Source: Bdellovibrionales bacterium (lineage in GTDB: Bacteria > Bdellovibrionota > Bdellovibrionia > Bdellovibrionales > UBA1609). From it: DNA of 64,000 nucleotides. The stretch lies in the NCBI GenBank assembly GCA_965199825.1, contig OZ241329.1, forward strand, positions 896,001 through 960,000, in the 5' to 3' direction. Each line of letters starts with the position of its first letter. The first letter of the stretch is position 1. The position numbers were made by a program, and so were the translations under genes. This document shows, piece by piece, positions 30,238 through 39,932 of this stretch. The notes beneath the pieces are model-generated. The model searched no databases. It was not told where the DNA came from and saw nothing but the letters and a program-made list of their open reading frames with translations.

Positions 30238-31235
30238 TGAAACTTTTTTTATTTATTTTTATCTCTGCTTCCTCAAATCTTTTTGCTCAAGTGCCGCCAT
30301 CTGTTTTGAAACTAGAAAAAGATGGGGTCGTGTCTTACATCGTACCTTCACAGTTTATGGCAATCGACAAGATGGGTTTAGCTCCAGAAATCTTAAAGGC
30401 AATTCAGAGTAAACCGAACTATTTGAGTGACACCTCATTACTAAAGACTCCTTCAAGACGGGAATTGCTGCCTCAACTTCACCAGCTGGCATTTTCTCTG
30501 CCGCGTAAAGGCTTAGAAAAAAATGTAGATATAAAAAAATATCTTGGAGCACAAAGTGCCGAATGGAAACTCTATCTCAAATTAATCAATAAGTTTTATT
30601 TAGGTTTTTTTAATTCTAACAATTTAGTCTTCCTAAATGGAATCGGTTTTGTTCAGATGAAGCTTTTGCTTCGTGCTCGTTACCTTTCCCCCGCCCTCAG
30701 TTTCGATGCAATTGTTACGACGTTATTGGCAAACAATAGGAATCTGCAGCACTACATACTTCCGTTGCAATTGGATCAACTTGCCGGTGAAATTTCAGGT
30801 ACCATGGCCATTGAAACAAAGGTTGAACTTAACGAAGTGGTTGTAGAAGACGGCGTCGATATGGCCAATGCGTTTAACCTTCTGATCACCCCTGAATCTT
30901 TAAAAAGTTTTTTAACCTATTTGGTTAGGCATCAAGGCGAAGAGCTCAACTTGACCGAAGCCATTACTGCTTTATTAAAAGCAGCGCCTCGTGAGGCGTA
31001 TATCAGGTATGCCTCGGCTCAACGAGCTTGGATGTTGCGATTAGCAAATCTAATTAACGCAAAACATTTGGGTGGAGGAGTAACCGCGTTGATCACCGTG
31101 ACGACATTGCTTCATCCGAATAAAGTTTTAGCAACTCGATTGGGTCAGCTTGGATTTACCATTACGGATATGACAATAGACCACCAACAGCCCTCGTCTG
31201 AGGGATGTTCTGCACTCGAAATTCATTCAAAATAA
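30237..31235 (+). CDS. Exported degenerate TraB/GumN-like protein, array family B copy 1
   Basis: Signal peptide; LKLEKDGVVSYIV, YLSDT, YLGAQSAEWK, QRAW, RLGQLGFTI, terminal Cys motif. Confidence 0.72.
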   Translation: MKLFLFIFISASSNLFAQVPPSVLKLEKDGVVSYIVPSQFMAIDKMGLAPEILKAIQSKPNYLSDTSLLKTPSRRELLPQLHQLAFSLPRKGLEKNVDIKKYLGAQSAEWKLYLKLINKFYLGFFNSNNLVFLNGIGFVQMKLLLRARYLSPALSFDAIVTTLLANNRNLQHYILPLQLDQLAGEISGTMAIETKVELNEVVVEDGVDMANAFNLLITPESLKSFLTYLVRHQGEELNLTEAITALLKAAPREAYIRYASAQRAWMLRLANLINAKHLGGGVTALITVTTLLHPNKVLATRLGQLGFTITDMTIDHQQPSSEGCSALEIHSK

Positions 31236-31298
31236 TTTTTGATTTTACAAAAGCAAGCTAACTATTTTTATTTTGTTTTTGTTCTGTTAAAGAACAGC

Positions 31299-31784
31299 AT
31301 GAAATTTTTTATCGCACTCTCAATATTATTTGGCCCTCTGTCTTTTTCTCAGACAGGCAACAATGTTTTTTTACCTCAAACCAAAAATCAGTTTGCCCAA
31401 ATTTCGGTACGAGCAGGCGAAAAGACCATGCGCGTGGATCTCGAAAATGGCGAAGCCTTCGAAGTGCCAATACCAAAAAAAATTAGGCCTACCGTTTCGA
31501 TTTTTGAAAGACCAGTGATTGGCCCAGTACTTCACTTTACCGCATTCAATTTGGTTTGGTTTTTAAGCTCAAAGATCGGCTTGGCTCTCGGTGATGCGAA
31601 CCCCTATATTTTCCCGGTGGTTCACACAATCGGCAGTTTAATGGTTGTTTATTTCGGTATTACCGACACCGTTCATTTCACCAGAGATTTAATAAATCAT
31701 TTTTCTGCAAAAAAAATAGTTGATGAACCCCAGTCGCAAAACCCCTTGATCAGCGAGCTCCAACCTAAAGCGGACATACTCTAA
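31299..31784 (+). CDS. Array family A copy 4
   Basis: VSIFERPVIGPVLHFT, NPYIFPVV (close to copy 3); TAATG overlap with next gene. Confidence 0.8.
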   Translation: MKFFIALSILFGPLSFSQTGNNVFLPQTKNQFAQISVRAGEKTMRVDLENGEAFEVPIPKKIRPTVSIFERPVIGPVLHFTAFNLVWFLSSKIGLALGDANPYIFPVVHTIGSLMVVYFGITDTVHFTRDLINHFSAKKIVDEPQSQNPLISELQPKADIL

Positions 31785-32824
31785 TGAAGGCTTTAGGTCT
31801 TGTCTGCTTGCTTTTTCAGTTGCGAGCTCAAGCGACTCAAAGCCTTCCAGCCTTTAAGCTCACCAAAGGAAAGTCTGCTTCCTATCTCGTCGGAACATCC
31901 ATCGACAGGATAAACGACATCCATTTGCCTGCAGAAACAGTGAAATTGATTTTAGCTCAACCCAATAAATTGAGTGATACCAAGATTCCTGTACCCGAAA
32001 GCGATCTGATTGAAACTCTTGGCTTAAGAAATCAAGCCAACACTTCAGAAGTGATTGCCCTCAAACAATATCTTGGTCCAAAGAGCGAAGAGTGGAAATT
32101 TTTTTTGCAACTGGTGAACCGTTTGATGATTGATAAAATCGGAAGAGAGAGAGTAATCAAACTTCCATTTGTCGGACTACCAATTTTATCTGGCCTTGCC
32201 CTTATTCACCTTCTGCCTCCGTACGTAGCCCTCGGTCTGATTCATCTTTCTGTTGGCAAAAACGAAAACAAAATCATTCAAGTCAAACAGCCTGTTTCAG
32301 AAATTGCTTCGCAAGTGATTGGTCCTGTTTCCGGGCCGTTTCAGTTTTCAAAAGAAACAAAGGCTATTTTACAAAGACTTCAGGATCGCCAGAATCAGTC
32401 TAGTCTTGCAACTGTGGCTGACCACGATTGGAAGAATGAGACATTGCCGGAACCAATTTTTTTAAGAGAAATCAAAGATGCTTTTGACATCCTAGCAACA
32501 CCTGAAGCCATAAAGGCTGTGCTGCGGTATCTTGTCGATCAAAAAGAAAAAGCAGTGCGGCTGCAGCACATGAAACACATTCCATTTGATGTCGCCTTGG
32601 ATGAGACACTTCATCGCTACGAACTTGCAATTGAAGCTGCACAGATCAAATTTGCAGAACAAATCGCTGCGGTCCATTCTGAGGGTTCATCATCGTTTGT
32701 GAGCCTGATTGAACTTGAAACTCCACATAATCCAATCACCCTTCACCTACAGGAATTGGGTTTTAAAATTGAACGGATGGACCCCACGGGCGCTTCCGAC
32801 TGCGATACGATTTTAAAAAATTGA
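31784..32824 (+). CDS. Array family B copy 2 (TraB/GumN-like)
   Basis: FKLTKGKSASYLVGT, KLSDT, YLGPKSEEWK, PIFLREIKDA, LQELGFKIE. Confidence 0.75.
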   Translation: MKALGLVCLLFQLRAQATQSLPAFKLTKGKSASYLVGTSIDRINDIHLPAETVKLILAQPNKLSDTKIPVPESDLIETLGLRNQANTSEVIALKQYLGPKSEEWKFFLQLVNRLMIDKIGRERVIKLPFVGLPILSGLALIHLLPPYVALGLIHLSVGKNENKIIQVKQPVSEIASQVIGPVSGPFQFSKETKAILQRLQDRQNQSSLATVADHDWKNETLPEPIFLREIKDAFDILATPEAIKAVLRYLVDQKEKAVRLQHMKHIPFDVALDETLHRYELAIEAAQIKFAEQIAAVHSEGSSSFVSLIELETPHNPITLHLQELGFKIERMDPTGASDCDTILKN

Positions 32825-32879
32825 CGATTTTGCACCACAATTCTAAACGAGAGCGCTGTAGCCTCAGATGGATTTTTTT

Positions 32880-33908
32880 ATGCGAATAGCTTTATTTATT
32901 ATTCTGGTTTTTCAAATCCAAACTCACGCAGATCAAAACTCTCCTATTTTTGAACTAAAAAAAGGTGAGTCTGTTTCTTACTTGGTGAATGCGCCACTCG
33001 ATGGATTGAACAAAATGAATTTATCTCAGACGTTGATGGATTCGATTTTGAGGAATCGTATTTATTTGAGTGATACAAATTTATTAGCAAAAAACGTCGA
33101 CATCTTTGAGTCGGGTGGAGTCAAGAATCAGTCCATCCCCTTTAAACCATTTCCGTTGAGAGCCTCCCTTGGAGAACACAGCGAGGAATGGAAACTTTTA
33201 TTAAAAATGAGTAATCGCCATTTTATTGCGCAATTGAGAAATACAAAAATGATTCAGTTCCCGTTTGCTGGATTGCCTATTTTGTTAGGGCTTATAGGTC
33301 TCAAGTATCTGCCCCCAGTTGCTGCTCTTAACCAAATCCAAATATATCTAGAAGCAACAAGACCAGGCGCAGCCTTAATGGATAAGGGACTCGAACAAAT
33401 ACAGTTTGATGTACCTCCATTCGCTATTGTTAAAACAGACGATCTCAACACCCCCGTTCGAATCATAGAACTCACCAATCTGGCTTTAAAAACTTCAGAC
33501 TTAATGTCCAGTCCGGCTTCGAAAGGCGTACCTCAACCTATATTTTTAAGGGAAATAAAAGACGCGTTAGATGTTTTGGTCACTACAGAAACTATCAAGG
33601 CCGTTCTGCAATTTCTTATCGCGCATCAGAAGGATCGGGTCGACTCTTACAGTATTGGACATATCCCTTACGACACCGCCTCGCCCGAGACTCTTGCACT
33701 CTATGCCGAGGCTGTCCAAAATGCAGAGTCGCAATTTGCTGATGAGATCGCGAGTCATCATTCAGATGGCGTGGCCGCATTTGTGAGTCTTGTTCATCTC
33801 GAGTTTCCAAATAATGGGATCACCACTCGACTCGAGGAATTAGGATTTACGGTTCGAAGTATTGAGCCTGATGAATCCACTCCATGTTTGCGACTTTTAG
33901 AAAAATAA
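32880..33908 (+). CDS. Array family B copy 3 (TraB/GumN-like)
   Basis: FELKKGESVSYLV, YLSDT, SLGEHSEEWK, PIFLREIKDA, LEELGFTVR. Confidence 0.75.
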   Translation: MRIALFIILVFQIQTHADQNSPIFELKKGESVSYLVNAPLDGLNKMNLSQTLMDSILRNRIYLSDTNLLAKNVDIFESGGVKNQSIPFKPFPLRASLGEHSEEWKLLLKMSNRHFIAQLRNTKMIQFPFAGLPILLGLIGLKYLPPVAALNQIQIYLEATRPGAALMDKGLEQIQFDVPPFAIVKTDDLNTPVRIIELTNLALKTSDLMSSPASKGVPQPIFLREIKDALDVLVTTETIKAVLQFLIAHQKDRVDSYSIGHIPYDTASPETLALYAEAVQNAESQFADEIASHHSDGVAAFVSLVHLEFPNNGITTRLEELGFTVRSIEPDESTPCLRLLEK

Positions 33909-34021
33909 ATCGAGTCACTACAGATAATCTGTCCTAAAGCCCCCCTTGTTTTGGGCTCTTCCGGACCTTTTTTACTTTAAGTGAACTCTACGAACTCCGA
34001 AGAGGTGTATGCGGAGGAACT

Positions 34022-36436
34022 ATGAGTTTTGACGATAAAGTCATTGAGATACCAGATTCTTTACCTATGCTACCGGTACGCGACATAGTCGTGTTCCCTT
34101 ATATGATTCTTCCACTCTACATTGGTCGAGAGAGTTCGATCAAAGCAGTAGAAGATGCTTTAGCTAAAAATCGATTGATCTTTTTAGCTTCTCAAAAAGA
34201 AATCACCGAAGAAACTCCAACTGAAAAGACAATCTATTCAGTCGGAACAATCGCGATGATTATGAGAATGCGAAAGCTTTCCGATGGTCGAGTTAAAATC
34301 TTGATCCAAGGTGTAGCTAAAGGTCGCATCAAACAATACAAAAACGTTGAGCCTCATTTTGTTGTGGGTGTTGAGCGTATTGATGAAGCTGCAAGCACAG
34401 CCGCACCGGTTGAGTTTGAAGCCATGATTCGCAATGCAAAAGAGCAGCTTGAAAAAATCATCGCTCTCGGTCGCATGCTTTCACCAGATATCTTATTAGT
34501 ATTAGACGATGTCACTGAGCCAGGACGTTTGGCTGATTTGATTGCATCAAATCTCGGGTTAAAAGTTGGAGATGCTCAACGCGTTCTCGAAACTCAAAAT
34601 CCAAAAGAACGTTTACATCTCGTGAATGAGATTTTGGCTAATGAGCTTGAAGTGTTGCAAATGCAAACTCGTATTCGCAATCAAGCCAAAGACGAAATGT
34701 CTAAATCACAGCGCGAGTATTTTCTTCGTGAACAGATGCGCGCAATCAAAAATGAGTTGGGCGAAAATGATTCGAAGTCCGAAGAGGCCGACGAATTACG
34801 CGACAAATTGAACAATGCTGGAATGCCAGAAAATGTAAAAGCCGAAGCGATCAAACAAATGGGTCGACTTGAGCGAATGCATCCTGACGCTTCAGAAGCT
34901 TCAATGGTCCGCACTTATCTTGACTGGTTGGCTGATCTTCCTTGGAATAAAGCGACTACCGATAATTTGGATCTTGTTCGCGCTAAAACAATTCTTGATG
35001 AAGATCATTACGAATTGAATAAAGTTAAAGATCGTATTTTGGAATTTCTTGCGGTTCGCCGTTTGAAAGAAAAAAATATGAAGGGTCCTATCCTTTGTTT
35101 CGTTGGACCTCCTGGAGTTGGTAAAACTTCTTTAGGAAAAAGTATTGCACGCTCAATGGGTCGTGAATATTTCCGCGTCGCACTTGGTGGAGTTAAAGAT
35201 GAAGCTGAGATCCGAGGACATCGCCGCACTTATGTGGGAGCAATGCCAGGAAAAATCGTTCAGGCTTTAAAGACGATCAAAACCAACAATCCGGTTATTG
35301 TTCTCGATGAGATCGATAAATTGGGAAGCGATTTTCGTGGTGATCCTTCAGCAGCAATGCTCGAGGTATTAGATCCCGAACAAAACGCAAATTTCCGAGA
35401 TAATTATCTCAATGTTGATTTTAATTTGAGCAATGTTTTGTTTATCGCAACTGCAAACGTTTATGACAATATTCCTGCAGCTCTACGTGACCGTATGGAG
35501 ATCATTCATCTCTCGGGTTACACAGCGAACGACAAATTGTTAATTGCTAAAAAGCATTTGATCGAGCGACAAATTGAGAGCAACGGAATTACCGATAAGA
35601 ACATCAAGTTTACCGATGAAGGATTAAAATATTTGATCTCTCATTACACTCGCGAAGCTGGACTTCGAAATCTTGAGCGCGAAGTGGGAGCTGTTTGTCG
35701 TAAAGTTGCAAAAGACTTTGTGATGGGCAACACCGAACAAGTGATGATCACGCCGGAAGTTGTTCCAGATATTTTGGGAGCCCCAAGATATCTTAAAGAA
35801 GAGCGCTTAAAAGAAGATCAAGTTGGGATCGTAACCGGTCTTGCTTGGACACAAGCTGGCGGCGAAGTTCTTTATGTTGAAGCTTTGAAAATGAAAGGCA
35901 AAGGCGGACTCTCACTCACAGGCCAACTTGGCGATGTGATGAAAGAATCAGCTCGCGCTGCTTGGTCTTATGCCCGAGCACATTCAGAAGAGATTGGTAT
36001 CGACAGCGAATGGTTTGATCACAACGAAGTGCATATCCATTTACCTGCCGGCGCAACTCCTAAGGATGGACCATCTGCAGGTGTGACACTTGCCACAGCG
36101 CTGACCAGTTTGATGACTGGAATGCCTGTACCAAAAGATTTGGCAATGACGGGTGAGATCACCTTGTCTGGCCGAGTTCTTCCGGTTGGTGGTATCAAAG
36201 AAAAAGCTCTTGCAGCACTGAACCACGGTGTTTCAACAGTGATTATGCCTTTGTCGAACAAAAAAGATGTTCAGGATATTCCTAAAGAATTTAAGGATAA
36301 ACTGACTTTCCACTTTGTTGAAAATTTAGATGAAGTGTTTGCCCTCGTATTCAAAGATAAATCTTTAAAGAAAAAAGGTTTATCTCATGCGAAATCAGGC
36401 AAGCGCAAAATTCCCACCGCAGCGTCTGCTGCCTAA
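34022..36436 (+). CDS. lon: ATP-dependent protease La
   Basis: GPPGVGKTS, IRGHRRTYVG, LDEIDK, PKDGPSAG, VGGIKEK. Confidence 0.98.
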   Translation: MSFDDKVIEIPDSLPMLPVRDIVVFPYMILPLYIGRESSIKAVEDALAKNRLIFLASQKEITEETPTEKTIYSVGTIAMIMRMRKLSDGRVKILIQGVAKGRIKQYKNVEPHFVVGVERIDEAASTAAPVEFEAMIRNAKEQLEKIIALGRMLSPDILLVLDDVTEPGRLADLIASNLGLKVGDAQRVLETQNPKERLHLVNEILANELEVLQMQTRIRNQAKDEMSKSQREYFLREQMRAIKNELGENDSKSEEADELRDKLNNAGMPENVKAEAIKQMGRLERMHPDASEASMVRTYLDWLADLPWNKATTDNLDLVRAKTILDEDHYELNKVKDRILEFLAVRRLKEKNMKGPILCFVGPPGVGKTSLGKSIARSMGREYFRVALGGVKDEAEIRGHRRTYVGAMPGKIVQALKTIKTNNPVIVLDEIDKLGSDFRGDPSAAMLEVLDPEQNANFRDNYLNVDFNLSNVLFIATANVYDNIPAALRDRMEIIHLSGYTANDKLLIAKKHLIERQIESNGITDKNIKFTDEGLKYLISHYTREAGLRNLEREVGAVCRKVAKDFVMGNTEQVMITPEVVPDILGAPRYLKEERLKEDQVGIVTGLAWTQAGGEVLYVEALKMKGKGGLSLTGQLGDVMKESARAAWSYARAHSEEIGIDSEWFDHNEVHIHLPAGATPKDGPSAGVTLATALTSLMTGMPVPKDLAMTGEITLSGRVLPVGGIKEKALAALNHGVSTVIMPLSNKKDVQDIPKEFKDKLTFHFVENLDEVFALVFKDKSLKKKGLSHAKSGKRKIPTAASAA

Positions 36437-36443
36437 ACAAATC

Positions 36444-36474
36444 AGGTCGACCCTCAAGGTCGGCCTTTTTTTTT
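36444..36474 (+). terminator. Intrinsic terminator after lon
   Basis: AGGTCGACC-CTCAA-GGTCGGCC then T9. Confidence 0.85.
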
Positions 36475-36489
36475 GCAATAATTTAGTTT

Positions 36490-37065
36490 TTAATTCTGAA
36501 ATTCATGAACGCGATGATTAGGATCGGTCACCTTAGCCATATTATTTTCGAATGTTACCGTGGATGGAACGTCAGCCACAAACACCTCGCCCTGATTGGC
36601 GGCAAATAAACTCGATTCGACGTCGGTAGAATAAAAGGCATAGTAATCAGAGATCTTGGCATCAAATTGGTTTTTTCCTTCGATATCAAAGATCAACTGA
36701 CCATGGGAATCAAAAGCAGTAGCCTTTTTCAAATCCATCTGTGTTTGATGAATCAGTGCAAACTGCGACGAAATCTCGATGGTGCAATAAAAGCAGTCGT
36801 ACAGAGATTCTCCAGTAGAACCGAGCAAGCGGGTCACTCCATCTTGTTTATAAATCACAAAGCTAGAACTTTTTTGTAACAACTCCGCGCCATCGATAAG
36901 CGCAAGAGTTTGTCCACCGCCCATCACCTTGAGTTGATCGCCACTTACCTTTGCATCGAGATTCGCACTGGCTTGCTGTTTGTCTCGGGCTTCAAATGGT
37001 TTCGGATAATCATGACCACGACCGCAGGCGGAGAATAACAAAAACAGAGGGATTAATTTTTTCAT
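36490..37065 (-). CDS. Hypothetical lipoprotein, beta-rich
   Basis: MKKLIPLFLLFSACG lipobox; AGGGA RBS. Confidence 0.7.
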   Translation of the reverse strand: MKKLIPLFLLFSACGRGHDYPKPFEARDKQQASANLDAKVSGDQLKVMGGGQTLALIDGAELLQKSSSFVIYKQDGVTRLLGSTGESLYDCFYCTIEISSQFALIHQTQMDLKKATAFDSHGQLIFDIEGKNQFDAKISDYYAFYSTDVESSLFAANQGEVFVADVPSTVTFENNMAKVTDPNHRVHEFQN

Positions 37066-37244
37066 TCCCTGTTTTCTCATAGATTCAAATCACCTCGCAA
37101 TAAAAAACTCGGTCTAAAACGAGATGCTCCCAATTCAAGTCCAGCGCGACTCGGCTCTTCGATTTTGTGCAGCTTTTTATACAACTCAAAATTTTTTACA
37201 TCTTAATTGTTGCCACGCCCGCTTGGAAATTTGAGCATTGAGAG

Positions 37245-38114
37245 ATGATTCAATTTTTGATCTCACTTATCGGAGTTGCGGCGGCCCATGGTGTGAGTAG
37301 CGAAACGCGCGCGGGTCCATTGTATTTTGAGGAAGCTCTGACTGGCATCTACGAAACTGAGGATTGGACAACAAAGCTTGGAGCATCAATATTAAAAACA
37401 ACCTTGCAGGTTGCAAACTCAGCCGCAATCACGGATCAGACCACCTCTATGACAGGTGAACTGGGCTACATGCCTGAAAAAGGTTTTGGTACCGACTTGC
37501 AGCTCGATGGATCAACAACACCCGCAGAGAATTTAACCAATCTTTCAGTACTACTCAGCCAAAATTATCGATGGAAATATCGCCACCATCGCTCGTTGAA
37601 TTTGACCTTGCGTGGTGGTGTGAGCAACTTTGTCCAAAAGTTTACATCCCAAACCAAAAAGCGAAATGGCAAAACAGTTTCGGCGGCTCAAAGCACCGGA
37701 ATCAACCAAACAAATTTAAGCTTTGAAATGGACTCACGACTTCACAAGGATTTTTCGCTCACAATCGGATTTGATGTTTTTGGATACAATAAAAGTGTGG
37801 GAGTTTTTGAATCGCAACTCGATTCACCAGCTGCCCTCCTCCGAGGGAGCGGCGCACTGGCAAGTACTCTTGGAGGTTTTGCTAAGTATTCGGTCAACCT
37901 AAATTTGATTTATGATTTTTTAGATAAGTGGAGTGCACTTTTAAGTTCCACAATCGGAAAGCTCGCCATCGACGGCTCTCAAAGCACACTGTCTGCGTTT
38001 AAATTTGAAACAACATCGATTGAGAATTGGACGTTGAGTTTGGGTTTTGAGTCGCTTCAATCTAAGATTTATAGTGCTAACTATGCGGTTTTTCGTGTCG
38101 ACTACGACTTCTAA
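37245..38114 (+). CDS. Putative outer-membrane beta-barrel protein
   Basis: Signal peptide, alternating amphipathic strands, terminal YDF. Confidence 0.65.
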   Translation: MIQFLISLIGVAAAHGVSSETRAGPLYFEEALTGIYETEDWTTKLGASILKTTLQVANSAAITDQTTSMTGELGYMPEKGFGTDLQLDGSTTPAENLTNLSVLLSQNYRWKYRHHRSLNLTLRGGVSNFVQKFTSQTKKRNGKTVSAAQSTGINQTNLSFEMDSRLHKDFSLTIGFDVFGYNKSVGVFESQLDSPAALLRGSGALASTLGGFAKYSVNLNLIYDFLDKWSALLSSTIGKLAIDGSQSTLSAFKFETTSIENWTLSLGFESLQSKIYSANYAVFRVDYDF

Positions 38115-38188
38115 AAAGATTTGAAGATTTATCCACACCTGCACTTAAAAAAATTAAGATAAACTTATTTTATACAGGGGGTTTTTGG

Positions 38189-38539
38189 ATGAAGAAGAGT
38201 ATGTTGTTAGTTGCCGGTGCGTTACTAATCTCAACGGGTGTAGGTGCGCAAGAGCTTAAAGCCGACCGTGCCGAAATAAAAAAAGATGAAACCAAAATCG
38301 GTGCAGATCGTGAAGTGCGCAACGCCGATGAAAAGCGAGTTGTTCAAGATCGTGCTCAGCTGAAGAGCGATAAAGCAGCTGGTGCCTCAGCCACACAACT
38401 CGCGGCCGACAAAGACACTTTAGTGCAAGATAAAAAAGCCCGTAACGACGAGCAAAAAGATGTGAAAGACGATCGCAAAGATCTCAAACACGACCGTCAT
38501 GAACTACGAAGAGACAAACATCGTTTAGCTAAACACTAA
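38189..38539 (+). CDS. Small exported charged helical protein
   Basis: Signal peptide; heptad-like D-R/K repeats (KDDRKDLKHDRHELRRDK). Confidence 0.75.
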   Translation: MKKSMLLVAGALLISTGVGAQELKADRAEIKKDETKIGADREVRNADEKRVVQDRAQLKSDKAAGASATQLAADKDTLVQDKKARNDEQKDVKDDRKDLKHDRHELRRDKHRLAKH

Positions 38540-38541
38540 TT

Positions 38542-38570
38542 GTAGGGCGGGGGCTTCTGGCCCTACTTTC
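38542..38570 (+). terminator. Probable terminator hairpin
   Basis: GTAGGGC...GCCCTAC followed by TTTC just after the stop. Confidence 0.55.
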
Positions 38571-38620
38571 ATTTAATTCGGACATCACCCTTGCCGATAG
38601 GCCTAAAAGGGTGATGGGCC

Positions 38621-39928
38621 GTGCAGAACAATGTTATCACAATAAAACGTTCCGTTTTAATTTTGAGTTTAGCAACGTCCGTTTGTTGTAGCCCATCGCA
38701 ACCAAACCAAAATATCTCGCCACTTAAGGCCGAATCCTCATGGTCCGGACCTGCGGCGTTTATCACCAAAGATATGAAAATCAAAATAGGCGAGCATCTT
38801 TTACCGCCATTTTTTTTGAGCATTAACCCACAAGCTGTCACAAGTGATGCTGACTGGACTACGTTAATTTATCAGGTCGATTTAGCTCTTAAACACAATT
38901 TAGTAATCCTGGACGTCATGTTTTCGAATGAGTCCGAAGAGTTTATGCAGATTTTAAATGCAAAGCTCGGCACCCGGAGAGTTTTTATTTTTGTCCGAAT
39001 TTATTTTGGCGAACCTGCGGACGATGTCACTGATGCTTGGGTTGAGACCTACATAAAAAAACTCCAGTTGTTTATTTCTAAGCTCAATAAAAATATGTCA
39101 GACAAAGTGATAGGAATTCGAGCCATGGGTCTGAATGGCGGCGAATGGTTTCAGATTCCCTCTGACCCCTCGTTTGCCAAAAAAGTCGCAAACGCCCAAT
39201 TGAAAATCAATGCGGCAATTAAAACTTTAAGTTCTGGGAGGTTACTCACAATTGTAAACTCTGGCTATTTACTCGCCATGTCTGCGGTCCAAGGAGGATC
39301 TCATGTTTACTTCGAAGAAATCTTAAACTCTCCTGATATTGATATCATCAGCTCGCCTTATGAATATGGAATCTCGAGACAGGTCGATCAGCCATTTTTA
39401 CAACAGGTTCCATTTGATAGCGTGCCCTTACATGGGAAATTATTTTTGACCGAAGATGACACTCGCACAAGCCGCGCACAAATCGATCCATGGAAATCCT
39501 GTTTTACCGCGGAATGCGATATCACGATGGTTAATCGCAATGTGCAGGCCGCTCTTGATCACAACACCGGACTTTATTTTTTAGATCTGACCGCAAAAGG
39601 ATGGTTTGGAAGTCCATCAGCACCTGTGGATTCAGAAAATCTGTGGAATGCCATCGACACAGCGATTCACAAAACACCCAACCTCAAGGTTCCACAAATT
39701 GGTTTTTTTGCCGACGAAGGCTCGATGCGTGGACTTAAACCCCTCACACAGAGCACTGAGGCTGCGACCAAAATCGATTTTATCGGAATGGATAATTTGA
39801 ATTATGAGTATCAAAGTTGTGAAAACCAAATTTTGAGTCTTGAGAAAAATAACATGGGTGTTCGATATTTTATTTTAGCCGATAAACAAAGGGCCCCTAG
39901 ATTTAATCAAGAGGCTTTTTTAAAATAG
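38621..39928 (+). CDS. Exported TIM-barrel glycoside hydrolase-like protein
   Basis: Signal/lipoprotein-like N-terminus; GGEWF, DIISSPYEY and LFLTEDDTRT resemble GH-A clan acid/base and nucleophile strands (recalled, not searched). Confidence 0.5.
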   Translation: MQNNVITIKRSVLILSLATSVCCSPSQPNQNISPLKAESSWSGPAAFITKDMKIKIGEHLLPPFFLSINPQAVTSDADWTTLIYQVDLALKHNLVILDVMFSNESEEFMQILNAKLGTRRVFIFVRIYFGEPADDVTDAWVETYIKKLQLFISKLNKNMSDKVIGIRAMGLNGGEWFQIPSDPSFAKKVANAQLKINAAIKTLSSGRLLTIVNSGYLLAMSAVQGGSHVYFEEILNSPDIDIISSPYEYGISRQVDQPFLQQVPFDSVPLHGKLFLTEDDTRTSRAQIDPWKSCFTAECDITMVNRNVQAALDHNTGLYFLDLTAKGWFGSPSAPVDSENLWNAIDTAIHKTPNLKVPQIGFFADEGSMRGLKPLTQSTEAATKIDFIGMDNLNYEYQSCENQILSLEKNNMGVRYFILADKQRAPRFNQEAFLK

Positions 39929-39932
39929 CTGC

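Noticed and set aside
38129..38137. DnaA box TTATCCACA (also TGTGGATAA at 3326-3334)
   Set aside because: Isolated single boxes; no cluster or origin context
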